From positions 84,551 through 148,550 of the forward strand of contig CAZKVV010000001.1 in the NCBI GenBank assembly GCA_964556485.1: 64,000 nt of DNA, in the 5' to 3' direction. Each line of letters starts with the position of its first letter. Position 1 is the stretch's first letter. The notes beneath the pieces were generated by a model, which worked only from the letters and a program-made list of their open reading frames with translations, had not been told where the DNA came from and ran no database searches. Shown here piece by piece: positions 27,901 through 37,338 of the stretch. A program made the translations under genes and the position numbers. Source of the DNA: an uncultured Pseudomonadales bacterium (GTDB lineage: Bacteria; Patescibacteriota; Microgenomatia; UBA1400; PJMF01).

Positions 27901-30628
27901 GGAGGAAATTTCACCACAACTGTGCACCAAAAAAAGAATTGAAAATAGTGCAGCGATAACTCCAGAGGGTGCGGTTAAGTTTAATTTTAACCAGTATTAT
28001 ATTGGTCATCAGTATGAAATGGGCAGTTATGTTGTGGATGGGATCATAGCTCAAGAAGCACTAGCATCATTTATTTTTGCAAAAAAACTGACACATCCAG
28101 ATCATCAGCGGAATCTAGAGGTTATTGCCGAAGCACATTCGGTGTTACTCAGATCAAAGCAGGTTCGAGTTCTCGAGACGCTAGTTGAAGATTGGTATAA
28201 GAGCAAGTTCAAAGGTTTATCGACAGTAGCGGAAATTGAAAACGTTTCGCTTGCGCTCACGCCAGAAATACTCACTGAATTGCTTGGACTCGACTATGCG
28301 AAACTCAAGGCAGAAGTTGAGGCAACTATTCCAGATGAGGTTACAATTAGGGGGGTACAGTATTCAGTAACGTATCGACTTGGCGGCGGCAAGTTTTTTC
28401 AGGATCTTTCCTTGCCAAATACCGTCGCAGCTGAGTTGCTGTTGCATGATTTACCAAATTCTCCACAAGGTTTTGAGCGAACAATTGTTGTTTCCTTTGA
28501 ATCAGGTGCTTCAACAACAAGACGAGTGGTGACGACTGAAGAAAATTTGAAAGAGTTGCAGCAAGAAGTTGAAAAAAAACGAAAAGAATTGGTTTGGCAG
28601 CAATTCATTTCTGCAAATTCAGCGCACTTGAGAAAAACTTATTTCGATTCTGGATATTTTTGGCACGAATCTGCCTCTCAAGATAGAAAAAAAATTATTG
28701 TTGCAGATGGAGATCCTTTACCGCTTGAGGTATTACCAACACAAGCTATATGGGACGAGCAAACTGGTTCACAATGTTACTACTATTTTGAAAGGGATCC
28801 ATATTCATCACTCACTGGATCGAAAGCGTATAACATTAGAGTGTTTAACAATGAGGAAGAGTATTTGGAACGGAAGGCGACAATCAACTCTGAGAGAGAA
28901 GAATTGCTCAGAGAGAAGCAACGAAAAGTGGATGCAGTTCGATTTGAAATGGAAACAAAAGCAATGGTTGCTAGTGCTGATGCCATGCTGAAATCTTTCG
29001 ATCTTAGCCAGCACCTACGATATGGTTTGACAGCAAGGCAGGTGGAGAGCGGCTACTATGCTGACGATGTCGTCAGTTTATTTGCAAGACTACTGGCTGT
29101 GAAAAAAAGTATTGGTTGGTTTAATGGATATTCTGGAACTCCAGATTGGAAAGAAGCCCGACGGTTGATGCTCCAGCTAAATGCAGAACTTACAGAAGCT
29201 CAGGAAAAATATGATTCTCCAGATATAAATGCAAAAACTACGGCTGCATTTATGGGAGAAGAAGCACTTTTCAACTCAGAAGGTTTCACAATTCCGCAAA
29301 AGATTGGCAAGTTGAATGGGGAAATCAATCTTGGCATGCGCCGTTCTCAAGAAAACAATCGTTGGTATTTGGTCATGTCAGATGATGATGGTATTTGGTC
29401 AAACTATAAAGGTGCCTATTCGAGTAGATTCTCAGGAGGATATGAGAGCCAAGGATTATTGCTTCGGGCTGTGAAAGCGCAATTTGCTGAATATGGATAT
29501 TCTTTTGTTCCAGTTGAAAATCTAGCAGTTGCAGAGGTGAGTCCCGAAGCACTGAGAGATTCGCGATTTAGAGACTTGATTTTTCGTCAGTCCGAACATG
29601 AGGGTGTGTTTACTGGGTATCGCTATGTTGATACTCAAGGACCATGGGAGCTGGTATACATGAAAAAAACTGCTGGGACTGAGGGGTGGGAATTGCACTG
29701 TCTTGACTTAGAAACAGGTGAAATTCAAGGTCCTAAGGTTTTTAATGACTCAAGGCAGTTTCGATTTGTGGAGAATTTGAGTGATATTGGTGGGCAAATG
29801 ACACGTCTTGGAGATAGGAGCTTTATAAATCGCACAGATGGTGGTATTACAAATAGTAGGTTTCAAAAGTTAGAAACACTTGAAAGCGGTCTCAAGAGAT
29901 TTATGGGTGGTACAGGTGGTTCAAGTAGGGTGCCGGCTGTATTCGCACCTGAAGTTCGTACTTCTACTAGGAAGCCTGAGCCTCAAAGAGCTCCTGCGGT
30001 TGTTCCACAGCCTGAACCTTTTGTATATCGTAGACCTCCAGATCGAGTCATTGACAGACAAGAGCTCGCCCCAATAGAAAAGGCAAAAATATATGCGTAT
30101 TTGCAAAGCAGCGAAGTGTCGTTGCGAGAAAATATTGCTAAGATTGAATCTGGGAAAGATAGTCAGTCTATTAGACAGACTCCAGAGTGGCGCTCGGCAT
30201 TTATTAAAGCAATGTTAAACCCCGATGGTCTAGCTGCAATTTTAGAGATGAGTTGGAGTTCTGATCTGCTAAAACAGACTACCGATATTTTGACTAAAGC
30301 TGTCAACAGTTGGATTAATGAGTATGAGAGTCGTAGAAATTTTGGTGAAAATTTAGATCAGAAATCATTAGATGAACTGCGAGTTGCCCAGGGTATTTTT
30401 GAGTATGTACAACCAATGCGCTCGTTTATTTCTAGAAATAGAGCAAATATTGCGGATTATGTTGGCGGTGATCGAGAATCAATTACAGCTTTTTATACGG
30501 GGCTTTTGCTGTATTCACAAACAAATGGAGTTGCGGTACTCCATAACAAAACAGTAGTAGATGAGAAAAACAAAAGGAGTGATGAACAGATTATCGAAGA
30601 AGTATTAGATTCAATTCCAATCATCTGA
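24956..30628 (+). CDS. Giant HrpA-like DEAH-box helicase with long insertion and C-terminal extension
   Basis: AETGVGKTS, TQPRR, VDEAHERS, SAT, LVFLPG, QAKGRGGR, HA2-like ITSFGRELL.F, SDF; 1890 aa. Confidence 0.85.
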   Translation: MQQEERETTKKPESKHGGREPYIWKDGVARVERPMDMYLKEVLDKLSQKQVVVVQAETGVGKTSRIPQAIMDSQPNTKIYMTQPRRYAVRMNAGYIAREKKQRLGQDVDFTLRGVPGENSQDKKASRDAKLEVMIDETLVNRILREKKLPDGVIIVDEAHERSINIDLLLLLIRTYLPNSPNTKILITSATIDTQKFKGYFKYSPEELTAYSGKESELDFAAEPVIALNEKLFRVETEMIHLNSGEHHTTKAIETAVEVFKQFVVGKTEAGLKDRVLAEEERIYREKGFISFSVLPVPQPLTIPPEQEGDARIPVADGTVLVFLPGKEEIAEGVRVLKEYARKIGCSEYVECLSMYRGVDDAERNAIEAPIVPGKLRVIFTTEILKSSVTPTKTVVVIDSFQVKRDVENEHGVSVLRKVSQSGAESEQAKGRGGRTNTTVYKPVVGGIDEVLSMQEESGDYWPQPAILREGIISVTLKMAAAGLDIKTAKLLDRPNQKNVDRAVIRLQQINALDDEGRITSFGRELLRFSIAPEQAKALFEGEKQGVLPESMIALAVASEEGIFSLPPRGMRELICSEVDLQSGLERYLATKWLREIHYSFSGIAQDSGELQEKFQAIQREKWGEVRLAFKDSYLNSARYPVYINTLEAKNLWQHVEQTRIYDGRQMIDGLLLDYVRELVFDKLSSSSITIPTTQESLHADLMKIKATINVKLTQFGGAPLEMRFNPTVLSELTFPLGYGIVRSEVIKQALQFRVENEDDILLDVFNIRYDQGFFRVKSSENDSSIPNDFFSTILCPDCKVRNRDSDLDEHDYRKQIYEKRWLQFALDQDGQQTNSDFVASVNAFRAYKQAKRQMSDNQLWLWCQANGLNLKKMQQVDTRLSYLIDEVEKSRLSLSENVSSRRAFSSDALTKAMLAGLAANVCFGQSGPVAPLISASKESALNGKAPYYIFGGIRKSEIKPRKLEHHLHFASLCAPIKLEWLEEISPQLCTKKRIENSAAITPEGAVKFNFNQYYIGHQYEMGSYVVDGIIAQEALASFIFAKKLTHPDHQRNLEVIAEAHSVLLRSKQVRVLETLVEDWYKSKFKGLSTVAEIENVSLALTPEILTELLGLDYAKLKAEVEATIPDEVTIRGVQYSVTYRLGGGKFFQDLSLPNTVAAELLLHDLPNSPQGFERTIVVSFESGASTTRRVVTTEENLKELQQEVEKKRKELVWQQFISANSAHLRKTYFDSGYFWHESASQDRKKIIVADGDPLPLEVLPTQAIWDEQTGSQCYYYFERDPYSSLTGSKAYNIRVFNNEEEYLERKATINSEREELLREKQRKVDAVRFEMETKAMVASADAMLKSFDLSQHLRYGLTARQVESGYYADDVVSLFARLLAVKKSIGWFNGYSGTPDWKEARRLMLQLNAELTEAQEKYDSPDINAKTTAAFMGEEALFNSEGFTIPQKIGKLNGEINLGMRRSQENNRWYLVMSDDDGIWSNYKGAYSSRFSGGYESQGLLLRAVKAQFAEYGYSFVPVENLAVAEVSPEALRDSRFRDLIFRQSEHEGVFTGYRYVDTQGPWELVYMKKTAGTEGWELHCLDLETGEIQGPKVFNDSRQFRFVENLSDIGGQMTRLGDRSFINRTDGGITNSRFQKLETLESGLKRFMGGTGGSSRVPAVFAPEVRTSTRKPEPQRAPAVVPQPEPFVYRRPPDRVIDRQELAPIEKAKIYAYLQSSEVSLRENIAKIESGKDSQSIRQTPEWRSAFIKAMLNPDGLAAILEMSWSSDLLKQTTDILTKAVNSWINEYESRRNFGENLDQKSLDELRVAQGIFEYVQPMRSFISRNRANIADYVGGDRESITAFYTGLLLYSQTNGVAVLHNKTVVDEKNKRSDEQIIEEVLDSIPII

Positions 30629-30650
30629 TAATCTGTGATATAATCACCAG

Positions 30651-30749
30651 GCTTGTAGCATTGCTACGAGCACAGTAATAACTACTGTTTTGCTTACACT
30701 GTACAGACGCAGTGTCCCACAGCTCTAAAGCAAAACCAGAAAGGGCAGT
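30651..30749 (+). promoter_or_regulatory. Structured rpsF leader, candidate S6:S18 autoregulatory RNA
   Basis: TATAAT promoter, three hairpins, unpaired CCC (30716-18) next to ACACTG/CAGTGT stem. Confidence 0.4.
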
Positions 30750-31115
30750 ATGAAGATCGTTTCAGAGAAGCGCGTTCGTTCTTACGAACTCACCTTCTTA
30801 GTTCCAGCTTCGCTCACCTCGGATAAAATTTCCGGGACTGTAGTCGAAGTGCTAGAACTAGTGAAGAAACATAAACTCACTGTTACTACACAAGAAGATT
30901 GGGGCAAGAAAGATCTTGCATATCCAATTCGTTTCCAAAGTAGTAATGAACGCGAGGCTATGTATACACACATAGTTTTTGAAGCAGAAGCTTCCAAAGT
31001 GCAAGCTTTCGAGCGCGACCTCTACCTTAACCAAAATGTGATTCGTCACTTATTGGTGTTGGCAGAAGCTCCTGGCACTGAACTCGGAGATTTGCAAGAA
31101 CAAAAAGAAGAATAA
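30750..31115 (+). CDS. rpsF: 30S ribosomal protein S6
   Basis: YELTFL, WGKKDLAYPI, VIRHL. Confidence 0.95.
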   Translation: MKIVSEKRVRSYELTFLVPASLTSDKISGTVVEVLELVKKHKLTVTTQEDWGKKDLAYPIRFQSSNEREAMYTHIVFEAEASKVQAFERDLYLNQNVIRHLLVLAEAPGTELGDLQEQKEE

Positions 31116-31227
31116 TACACGTAGAAAAACAGCAAGAATGGCGCTGAATCTACCTCTTTAGAATTCTACGGTTTGTGTAAGAATGGAACGTATACTAAGG
31201 TGAAGTATTGAGGTATGAAAGGAAGCT

Positions 31228-31695
31228 ATGTCGGTTCGCTCATTAAACAAAGTGTTGCTCATTGGAAATCTTACTAGAGATCCAAATTTACGCTACACAC
31301 CAAACAATACGGCAGTCTGTTCATTTGGTATTGCTACCAATAGAACCTGGACTCCGAATGAAGGTGGTGAAAAGCAAGAAAGAGTAGAGTACCACAACAT
31401 CGTTGCTTGGTCTAAACTCGCAGATATCTGTGGTCAGCTCCTTCACAAAGGCGACAAAGTCTATGTTGAAGGCAGAATGCAAACCAGAGATTGGAAGGGC
31501 GAAGACGGCCAAGAGCGCAAAACCACAGAAGTGGTTATCGACAACATGATTTTGCTAAGATCATCAAATGGTGCGTCTCAACAAGATTATGATGATGACG
31601 ATATTGGAGCTCCAAGCAGATCGAGAGATGCAGAAGTGCAGATGCCAGCAGAAGTTTCTGAAGCAGAAGACATTGCAGACGATGTGCCATTCTAG
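31228..31695 (+). CDS. ssb: Single-stranded DNA-binding protein
   Basis: LNKVLLIGNLTRDP, KGDKVYVEGR, C-terminal DDVPF. Confidence 0.97.
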   Translation: MSVRSLNKVLLIGNLTRDPNLRYTPNNTAVCSFGIATNRTWTPNEGGEKQERVEYHNIVAWSKLADICGQLLHKGDKVYVEGRMQTRDWKGEDGQERKTTEVVIDNMILLRSSNGASQQDYDDDDIGAPSRSRDAEVQMPAEVSEAEDIADDVPF

Positions 31696-31731
31696 ACAGA
31701 AAGGTATGTCACTTAAGGTGACAAGAAATAT

Positions 31732-31959
31732 ATGAAGAAAAAGAAAATCAAACGACTAAGACGCAAACCAATGCATATTAGTTCAAAGGTAACATTCTCT
31801 TACAAGAATATTCCTGTGCTCAAGAAATTTGTGAGTGAGCAAGGATCAATTTTCTCTAGAGAAGAAACCGGTTTAAGTCAAAAACAGCAAAGACAGTTGG
31901 CAACCTCTATCAAAAGAGCTCGCCACTTGGCAATGTTGCCTTTCACTCAAGTTATGTAG
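31732..31959 (+). CDS. rpsR: 30S ribosomal protein S18
   Basis: YKN..LKKF, QRQLA..IKRAR.LAMLPF; rpsF-ssb-rpsR order. Confidence 0.95.
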   Translation: MKKKKIKRLRRKPMHISSKVTFSYKNIPVLKKFVSEQGSIFSREETGLSQKQQRQLATSIKRARHLAMLPFTQVM

Positions 31960-31988
31960 TGATTGGTGATTTAGTACATAAGAAACAA

Positions 31989-32016
31989 GGGACTCCCGCC
32001 GTAAGGCGGGAGTCTT
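31989..32016 (+). terminator. Terminator hairpin after rpsR
   Basis: GGGACTCCCGCC-GTAA-GGCGGGAGTCTT. Confidence 0.7.
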
Positions 32017-32095
32017 GGTTTAGCGAGACTTTTAAGTAATCCATTTTATTTCGCCCCGTGACCAATGGTAAGACAATGGTAAAATGAGAAGTCTT

Positions 32096-33355
32096 ATGAA
32101 AGTAAAATCCACATCCCTCAGTAATCTCATCGTCGCAGGAGCACTTGTTATGGCTGGTGGTGTGTTTCAATATCAATTCAATCCAATTGGAAAGATTGTT
32201 TCCGCAAAAAGTGGCACCAACGCTGGTGATATTTCAGCAAGTAAGCTTTCTCAGTTAGTTAATGAAGATGCGCCAGCAAGCAAAAAGGATGTTGACTTCG
32301 GTGTTTTTTGGGAAGTATGGGGATTACTGGAAAAAGATTATATCGACCAGGAAAAAGTTCAGCCAGATGCTATGGTGCACGGGGCTATTGCGGGTATGAC
32401 CTCAGCGCTCGGTGATCCATACACCATGTATTTACCTCCAGATTTAAATGAAAAAAGTGCCCAAGAATTAGCAGGCAGTTTTTATGGAGTTGGTATTGAG
32501 TTGGGTTACATTGATGGTGTTTTAGCAGCAGTTGCTCCACTTGCCGGTACGCCAGCAGATATTGCAGGTGTTCGTGCAGGAGATCTAATTATAAAAGTGA
32601 AAGATGAAGCAAAAGGTTTGGATAAATCAACGGAAGGCTGGTCACTCAATGAAGCAGTTGAAGCCATTCGTGGTCCAAAAGATTCTCCAGTGATCCTAAG
32701 CTTAGTGAGAAAAGAAACTCCAGAACCATTTGATATTACCATTAAGCGTGGGGAGATTGTAGTTAAGTCTGCCGAAGTTACGTTTGTAGAGTATGCAGGC
32801 AAACGAGTGGCGCATGTTAAACTGTCTCGATTTGGTGAGCGTACTGTGGGTGAATGGGATGGAGTGGTCGCTCAAATTTTAGCAGAAAAAAATAAGATTG
32901 CCGGCATTGTTTTAGATGTTCGTAATAATCCAGGCGGACTATTTGATGATTCCTTAACTATCGCCAGTGATTTTATTGAAGATGGCGTGGTAGTTTCGCA
33001 AAAAAATACGACTGGTCAACAAGATTTCAAAGCAAAAGGTAAAGCTAGACTAGTCGGTATACCAGTTGAACTCTTGGTAAACAAGGGGAGTGCTTCAGCT
33101 TCAGAGATTGTTGCTGGCGCCCTACGAGATCAAATTGGTGCAAAGCTGATTGGTGAAAAAACATTTGGTAAGGGTACTGTGCAAGACAGAAGAGAACTCT
33201 CTAATGGAGGTGGAATTCATATCACTATTAGTCGCTGGTTGTTACCAAAAGGCGATTGGATTCATGACGAAGGTATTCCTGTAGATATTGAAGTTGAACA
33301 AGATTTTAACACTGAGGCAGATGAACAACTCAATAAAGCTATCGAAGTATTGTAA
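32096..33355 (+). CDS. ctpA: S41 carboxyl-terminal processing protease
   Basis: GDPYT, PDZ GVGI, DVRNNPGG, SASASEI, TFGKG; alternative start 32084. Confidence 0.93.
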   Translation: MKVKSTSLSNLIVAGALVMAGGVFQYQFNPIGKIVSAKSGTNAGDISASKLSQLVNEDAPASKKDVDFGVFWEVWGLLEKDYIDQEKVQPDAMVHGAIAGMTSALGDPYTMYLPPDLNEKSAQELAGSFYGVGIELGYIDGVLAAVAPLAGTPADIAGVRAGDLIIKVKDEAKGLDKSTEGWSLNEAVEAIRGPKDSPVILSLVRKETPEPFDITIKRGEIVVKSAEVTFVEYAGKRVAHVKLSRFGERTVGEWDGVVAQILAEKNKIAGIVLDVRNNPGGLFDDSLTIASDFIEDGVVVSQKNTTGQQDFKAKGKARLVGIPVELLVNKGSASASEIVAGALRDQIGAKLIGEKTFGKGTVQDRRELSNGGGIHITISRWLLPKGDWIHDEGIPVDIEVEQDFNTEADEQLNKAIEVL

Positions 33356-33382
33356 AACACTGTCAAATTTTGTTACCATGCA

Positions 33383-35120
33383 ATGATGATTCATCCAGAT
33401 AAGGCAAGGCAAATTTTAGCGGAAACCAATCGTTTTCTTCCAGATTCAGAAATGAGCGAATTGCCTCCATTAATGGTGAGTGAGATGGTCCTAACTGCGG
33501 AGCGAATGGTTGAGCTCGGCCTCACTCAAGAACAACAAGAATTTTTATCGCAGTACGAGCCCATTTCCTTTAGTGTTTGGAGTGAAGCTCCTATACAGGG
33601 AGACTTTAGGCTTTCACAGTTCACCACAATTGGTTTAGCTGAAGGACTGATATCAAACCACGACGAGTGGGACAATCCTCACCAGTCACTAGTGAAAGCA
33701 ATGCAGAGACAGTGCAATAAATCACGTATCTTTAGGGCAGTAAACAAACCACTAGCTTTTTTTTGCGGTGAGTTGTCCTGGCTTTGGAGGTACTCGACTC
33801 AAAAATCCAGGACAGGCAACAGTTGACAGTGTCTCGAGCACAAGTTACTCAAAACTACTATCGATATGTAACTCGCTTTTTACACCTAAAGTCATAGTAG
33901 GTCACTCTGCTGGCGGCGAGGCATCACTACAGTATTCTTTTCAACAGCCAATTGAGGGTGAAAAGAAAGTGCCAGTCGTAGCATTACACCCAGCGGTTTC
34001 ACTTAAAAATCAGGGTATATTTAGGACGATATCTAATTTAGATGCCACAAATCGATTTTTTAGGCAATTGCTAGTGTTTACTCCGGTTGTAAGTGCGATA
34101 GAGAATCAAATACTCAGTTGGCTTGTTGGTGCTGATACAAAATCTGATGCAACAAAATGGCAGTTGGCACTACATAAAGATGAAGCTGAAAGAAACACAG
34201 TGGCCTATAGACTAAAAAACCGCGAACTCGAATTGCCAGATGATCCCGCAAGGTTCGAACAGTACAGCATGCAGCTGCTTCCCACGGTATTGTTAGGTGA
34301 GGCAGACAGACTAACCACTGAAATGAATGCTCGTTCTTTTCTTCCCGTTATCCGCCAGCTCCTGCTAGAGAGAATAGGAAAAGAGACATCGCTTATTGTT
34401 ACCTCAGAGGACCAATTAAAATTACTAGCTAAAACGGTAGGCACCAGCATTGTATCTGGAAATTGGGGACATGATGCGGTATTTTTTGACGAAGTGGCCC
34501 AAGAAGCTGCGGCGACACTTATAGTTAATCAGTTGGAAATGAGCTTGCTGAAAGATAGTTGGTATTTCCAAGAGCTTAAGAACATATGTGTGTTGCTTAG
34601 GCAACAAGGTTTTCCTTTAGAGTTTTGTTTGTATTCTGACATCCGTGAAGAACACGCAAACTTTGAAAAGAATATGGCCTTGTTGTTGGAGCATGTAAGG
34701 GATGATCAGGATTTTGTGAGACGTGTCTTTACTTCTGAAAAAGACAGTCTTAGATATGAGCTCGAGCAGCGATATATCATGGTTTCTTGGATGCAAGTTT
34801 TTCGTCAACTCATTGGTATGGCGGGAGTTGTAACTGAGAGGATCAATGGGGGTGGAGCCGATAGGACTGCGAAGGCTGAACTAGAACGTATGCTGGTAGA
34901 GATAGCAACCATGATGACAAAGTTTCCTTCTGTAGAGTTGTATCTTCATGCAATGGGTAAGGAGTATAAAAATGAGAATATAATCGAATCTATAGAGTTG
35001 CTATTAGAATTGCTCTTTAACCAAGAAGATGATCCAGAAAAACCAAAAACTATTCCTAGAGCTTTTTTCGAAAGTGAAAGCCAAAGGTTTTCTTTTAAAA
35101 ATGGTTTCGCGGCTTATTGA
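33383..35120 (+). pseudogene. Alpha/beta hydrolase split by frameshift in a T8 run
   Basis: T7 instead of T8 at 33757-64 gives KPLAFFAVSCPGFGGT...GHSAGG...D...GH catalytic triad pattern. Confidence 0.7.
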
Positions 35121-35237
35121 AGCTGTAGTGCTGCCAGGATTTAAACTTAGAGTTACCACGGACGAATTTGCATCAAATGCAGGAAAAGTAAGAATCTCTC
35201 CTTCAGATCTTAACATTTTGTTAACTGTTCTAGCAGA

Positions 35238-36221
35238 TTAGTCTTCAGGGGAGGCATCAACTGTTTCGTCTGTTTGTGATGTTGTATCTTTGGCAAATGC
35301 TTGATGTAGCTCTTCAAGCATACTGCCCATGTATCCATCAAGGATAATCGGTAAATTGTGCCAAGATTGTTTGGTGCGGTGGTCAGTAATGCGATTTTGT
35401 GGGTAGTTATAGGTGCGAATTTTCTCGGCACGTTTAGCGCGGCCAATGACGCTTCGTGCGTTACCCAGAAGTTCTTGACGTTTTTCTTCTTCGATTTCCC
35501 ACAGCTGTGAGCGAAGTAAGTCTAGGGCAATCTTTCTATTTTGTTCCTGCTTTTTCTCTTGGCTACAGGTTGTTGTGATGCCTGTTGGAGTGTGAATAAG
35601 TCGCACGGCACTACTGGTTTTATTGACACTTTGGCCTCCAGCCCCACTTGCTCTCATAAACTGCCATTCCAAGTCTTCTTCTCGGATTACTACCGCATGC
35701 ACTGGAACTTCTGGTAGCACTGCTACAGATGCTGTCGAAGTATGAATACGTCCTTGCGCTTCTGTTTCTGGAACACGCTGCACCCTATGTACGCCAGATT
35801 CATATTTGAATAATTCATAAGCAGTGAAAGCTTCTTGGGTCTGGTGGGGATTTGTAACTATTTTTGTTCTTCCTTTAACCTTAAATACGAGGTCATCTAT
35901 GAACTCAATCTTTAGACTTGCTTGCTCGAGAAAACGCACATACATACGTTTTAGATCGTTCGCCCAAATTTTGGCCTCGTCACCACCGGCTCCAGGCCTA
36001 ATTTCAAAAGTGCAATTCACTTTTTCTGCTTCTTCTTCTGGCGAACCTTCAAGTGAGCTTGAATAGTCTAAAGCAATTTTTTCTAGTTCGTTAAGTTGGA
36101 TGGTGATTTGTTCCATTTCTGACTGCGCAAGTTCTGAAAAGTCGGGATCCTGCAACAATGCTTCGGCTTCTGCGCGCTTTTTTTGCAGTTCTTCGATTTG
36201 GGCTTGATATGGATTAAACAT
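35238..36221 (-). CDS. prfA: Peptide chain release factor 1
   Basis: ESGVHRVQRVPET, IHTS, GAGGQSVN, RTYNYPQNR. Confidence 0.96.
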   Translation of the reverse strand: MFNPYQAQIEELQKKRAEAEALLQDPDFSELAQSEMEQITIQLNELEKIALDYSSSLEGSPEEEAEKVNCTFEIRPGAGGDEAKIWANDLKRMYVRFLEQASLKIEFIDDLVFKVKGRTKIVTNPHQTQEAFTAYELFKYESGVHRVQRVPETEAQGRIHTSTASVAVLPEVPVHAVVIREEDLEWQFMRASGAGGQSVNKTSSAVRLIHTPTGITTTCSQEKKQEQNRKIALDLLRSQLWEIEEEKRQELLGNARSVIGRAKRAEKIRTYNYPQNRITDHRTKQSWHNLPIILDGYMGSMLEELHQAFAKDTTSQTDETVDASPED

Positions 36222-36295
36222 AGGTAGTTTCCGAGGTGGTTTTAGTATATCAGTACCACGCCGAACGCAGTGGAGGGACAAAATGAATTGGAAAG

Positions 36296-36634
36296 CTACT
36301 GTGCCTGGGTTTTGCCAGATTTCTTGAGTTCAAGTTGTTGAGCTCTGAGAATATCTTGGTATGACTTTGATTCTTCGTTAGAATCATCATCCTTTTTAAC
36401 TTTTTTGCTGCTTTTTGCTGCTTTTTGGCTCTGAGCAACTTGCATTTTCTTGAGGAATTTATCGACACGACCTTGGCGGTCAACAAAGCGAAGTTCGCCG
36501 GTAAAGAATGGGTGACACTTACTGCAGATATCAACGGTGAGTGTTGGGTGTACTGAACCAACGGTAAATGAATTTCCGCAAGAACAAGTAATTAGCGCTT
36601 CTTGATGCCACGTGGGATGAATTCCAGTCTTCAT
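36296..36634 (-). CDS. rpmE: 50S ribosomal protein L31 with C-terminal extension
   Basis: MKTGIHP, CSCG, CSKCHPFFTG, GRVDKF. Confidence 0.96.
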   Translation of the reverse strand: MKTGIHPTWHQEALITCSCGNSFTVGSVHPTLTVDICSKCHPFFTGELRFVDRQGRVDKFLKKMQVAQSQKAAKSSKKVKKDDDSNEESKSYQDILRAQQLELKKSGKTQAQ

Positions 36635-36774
36635 AGACAGTTATTCTACCATGAAAATGGAGTGGGGCAAGAGTGGGATGTTATAATAGCCCTCGTTCTT
36701 TAACTATCGGCTTTTATCAGCGTTTTACGCTCATCTCTTCGAACAATTGTTCGAAATTCGAAAAAGGAGTAGGA

Positions 36775-37194
36775 ATGAGTTATAACACATTGAGACGAAG
36801 CTTGCTTCTTGTAGGGCTGATAATAGTAGTTGTCATTGGCGTTGTTTTATCCTCTTTGTCTGGATGTAGTGGTGGTGCGCAAGTAGGTGTGTCACCAACT
36901 GTTAGTCCAGATGTAGGGGCGAGTATGGAAGCTGTCCCAACTGCGCGATCACAACCGGTTCAAGATGCGCTTTCGACACCAGAGATACCTCCTAATACCC
37001 CTGCTATGCAGGTGCAGGTATTAGGCGAAGCCGACTTGAGCTTGGTGGTTGGTGTGTCCCGTAGCACTCTCAATTTTAGAGACGTGCTAATCATGCGCGG
37101 CGATGGTAGTTTGCTCAGATGCATGATTATTATTGGCAAAGCGTTTGAGCTGGGTGTCCCAGATTCAATTGCCCAAACGTGCGAACCCCAATAG
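36775..37194 (+). CDS. Hypothetical predicted lipoprotein
   Basis: SD AAGGAG, signal peptide with LSGC lipobox. Confidence 0.6.
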   Translation: MSYNTLRRSLLLVGLIIVVVIGVVLSSLSGCSGGAQVGVSPTVSPDVGASMEAVPTARSQPVQDALSTPEIPPNTPAMQVQVLGEADLSLVVGVSRSTLNFRDVLIMRGDGSLLRCMIIIGKAFELGVPDSIAQTCEPQ

Positions 37195-37230
37195 CTAAGC
37201 AGAATTGCCGATAAAATAGAACAAGTATAT

Positions 37231-37272
37231 GCTCCAACCTGAATGCCGATAGCAGGTTGGAGCTTTTTTTTT
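37231..37272 (+). terminator. Intrinsic terminator
   Basis: GCTCCAACCTG/CAGGTTGGAGC + T9. Confidence 0.85.
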
Positions 37273-37338
37273 GCTGTGATACGATAACTGCAGTACAAAC
37301 CTAAACAATTGAAAGGACAGTTCAACAAAAATAAAGAG

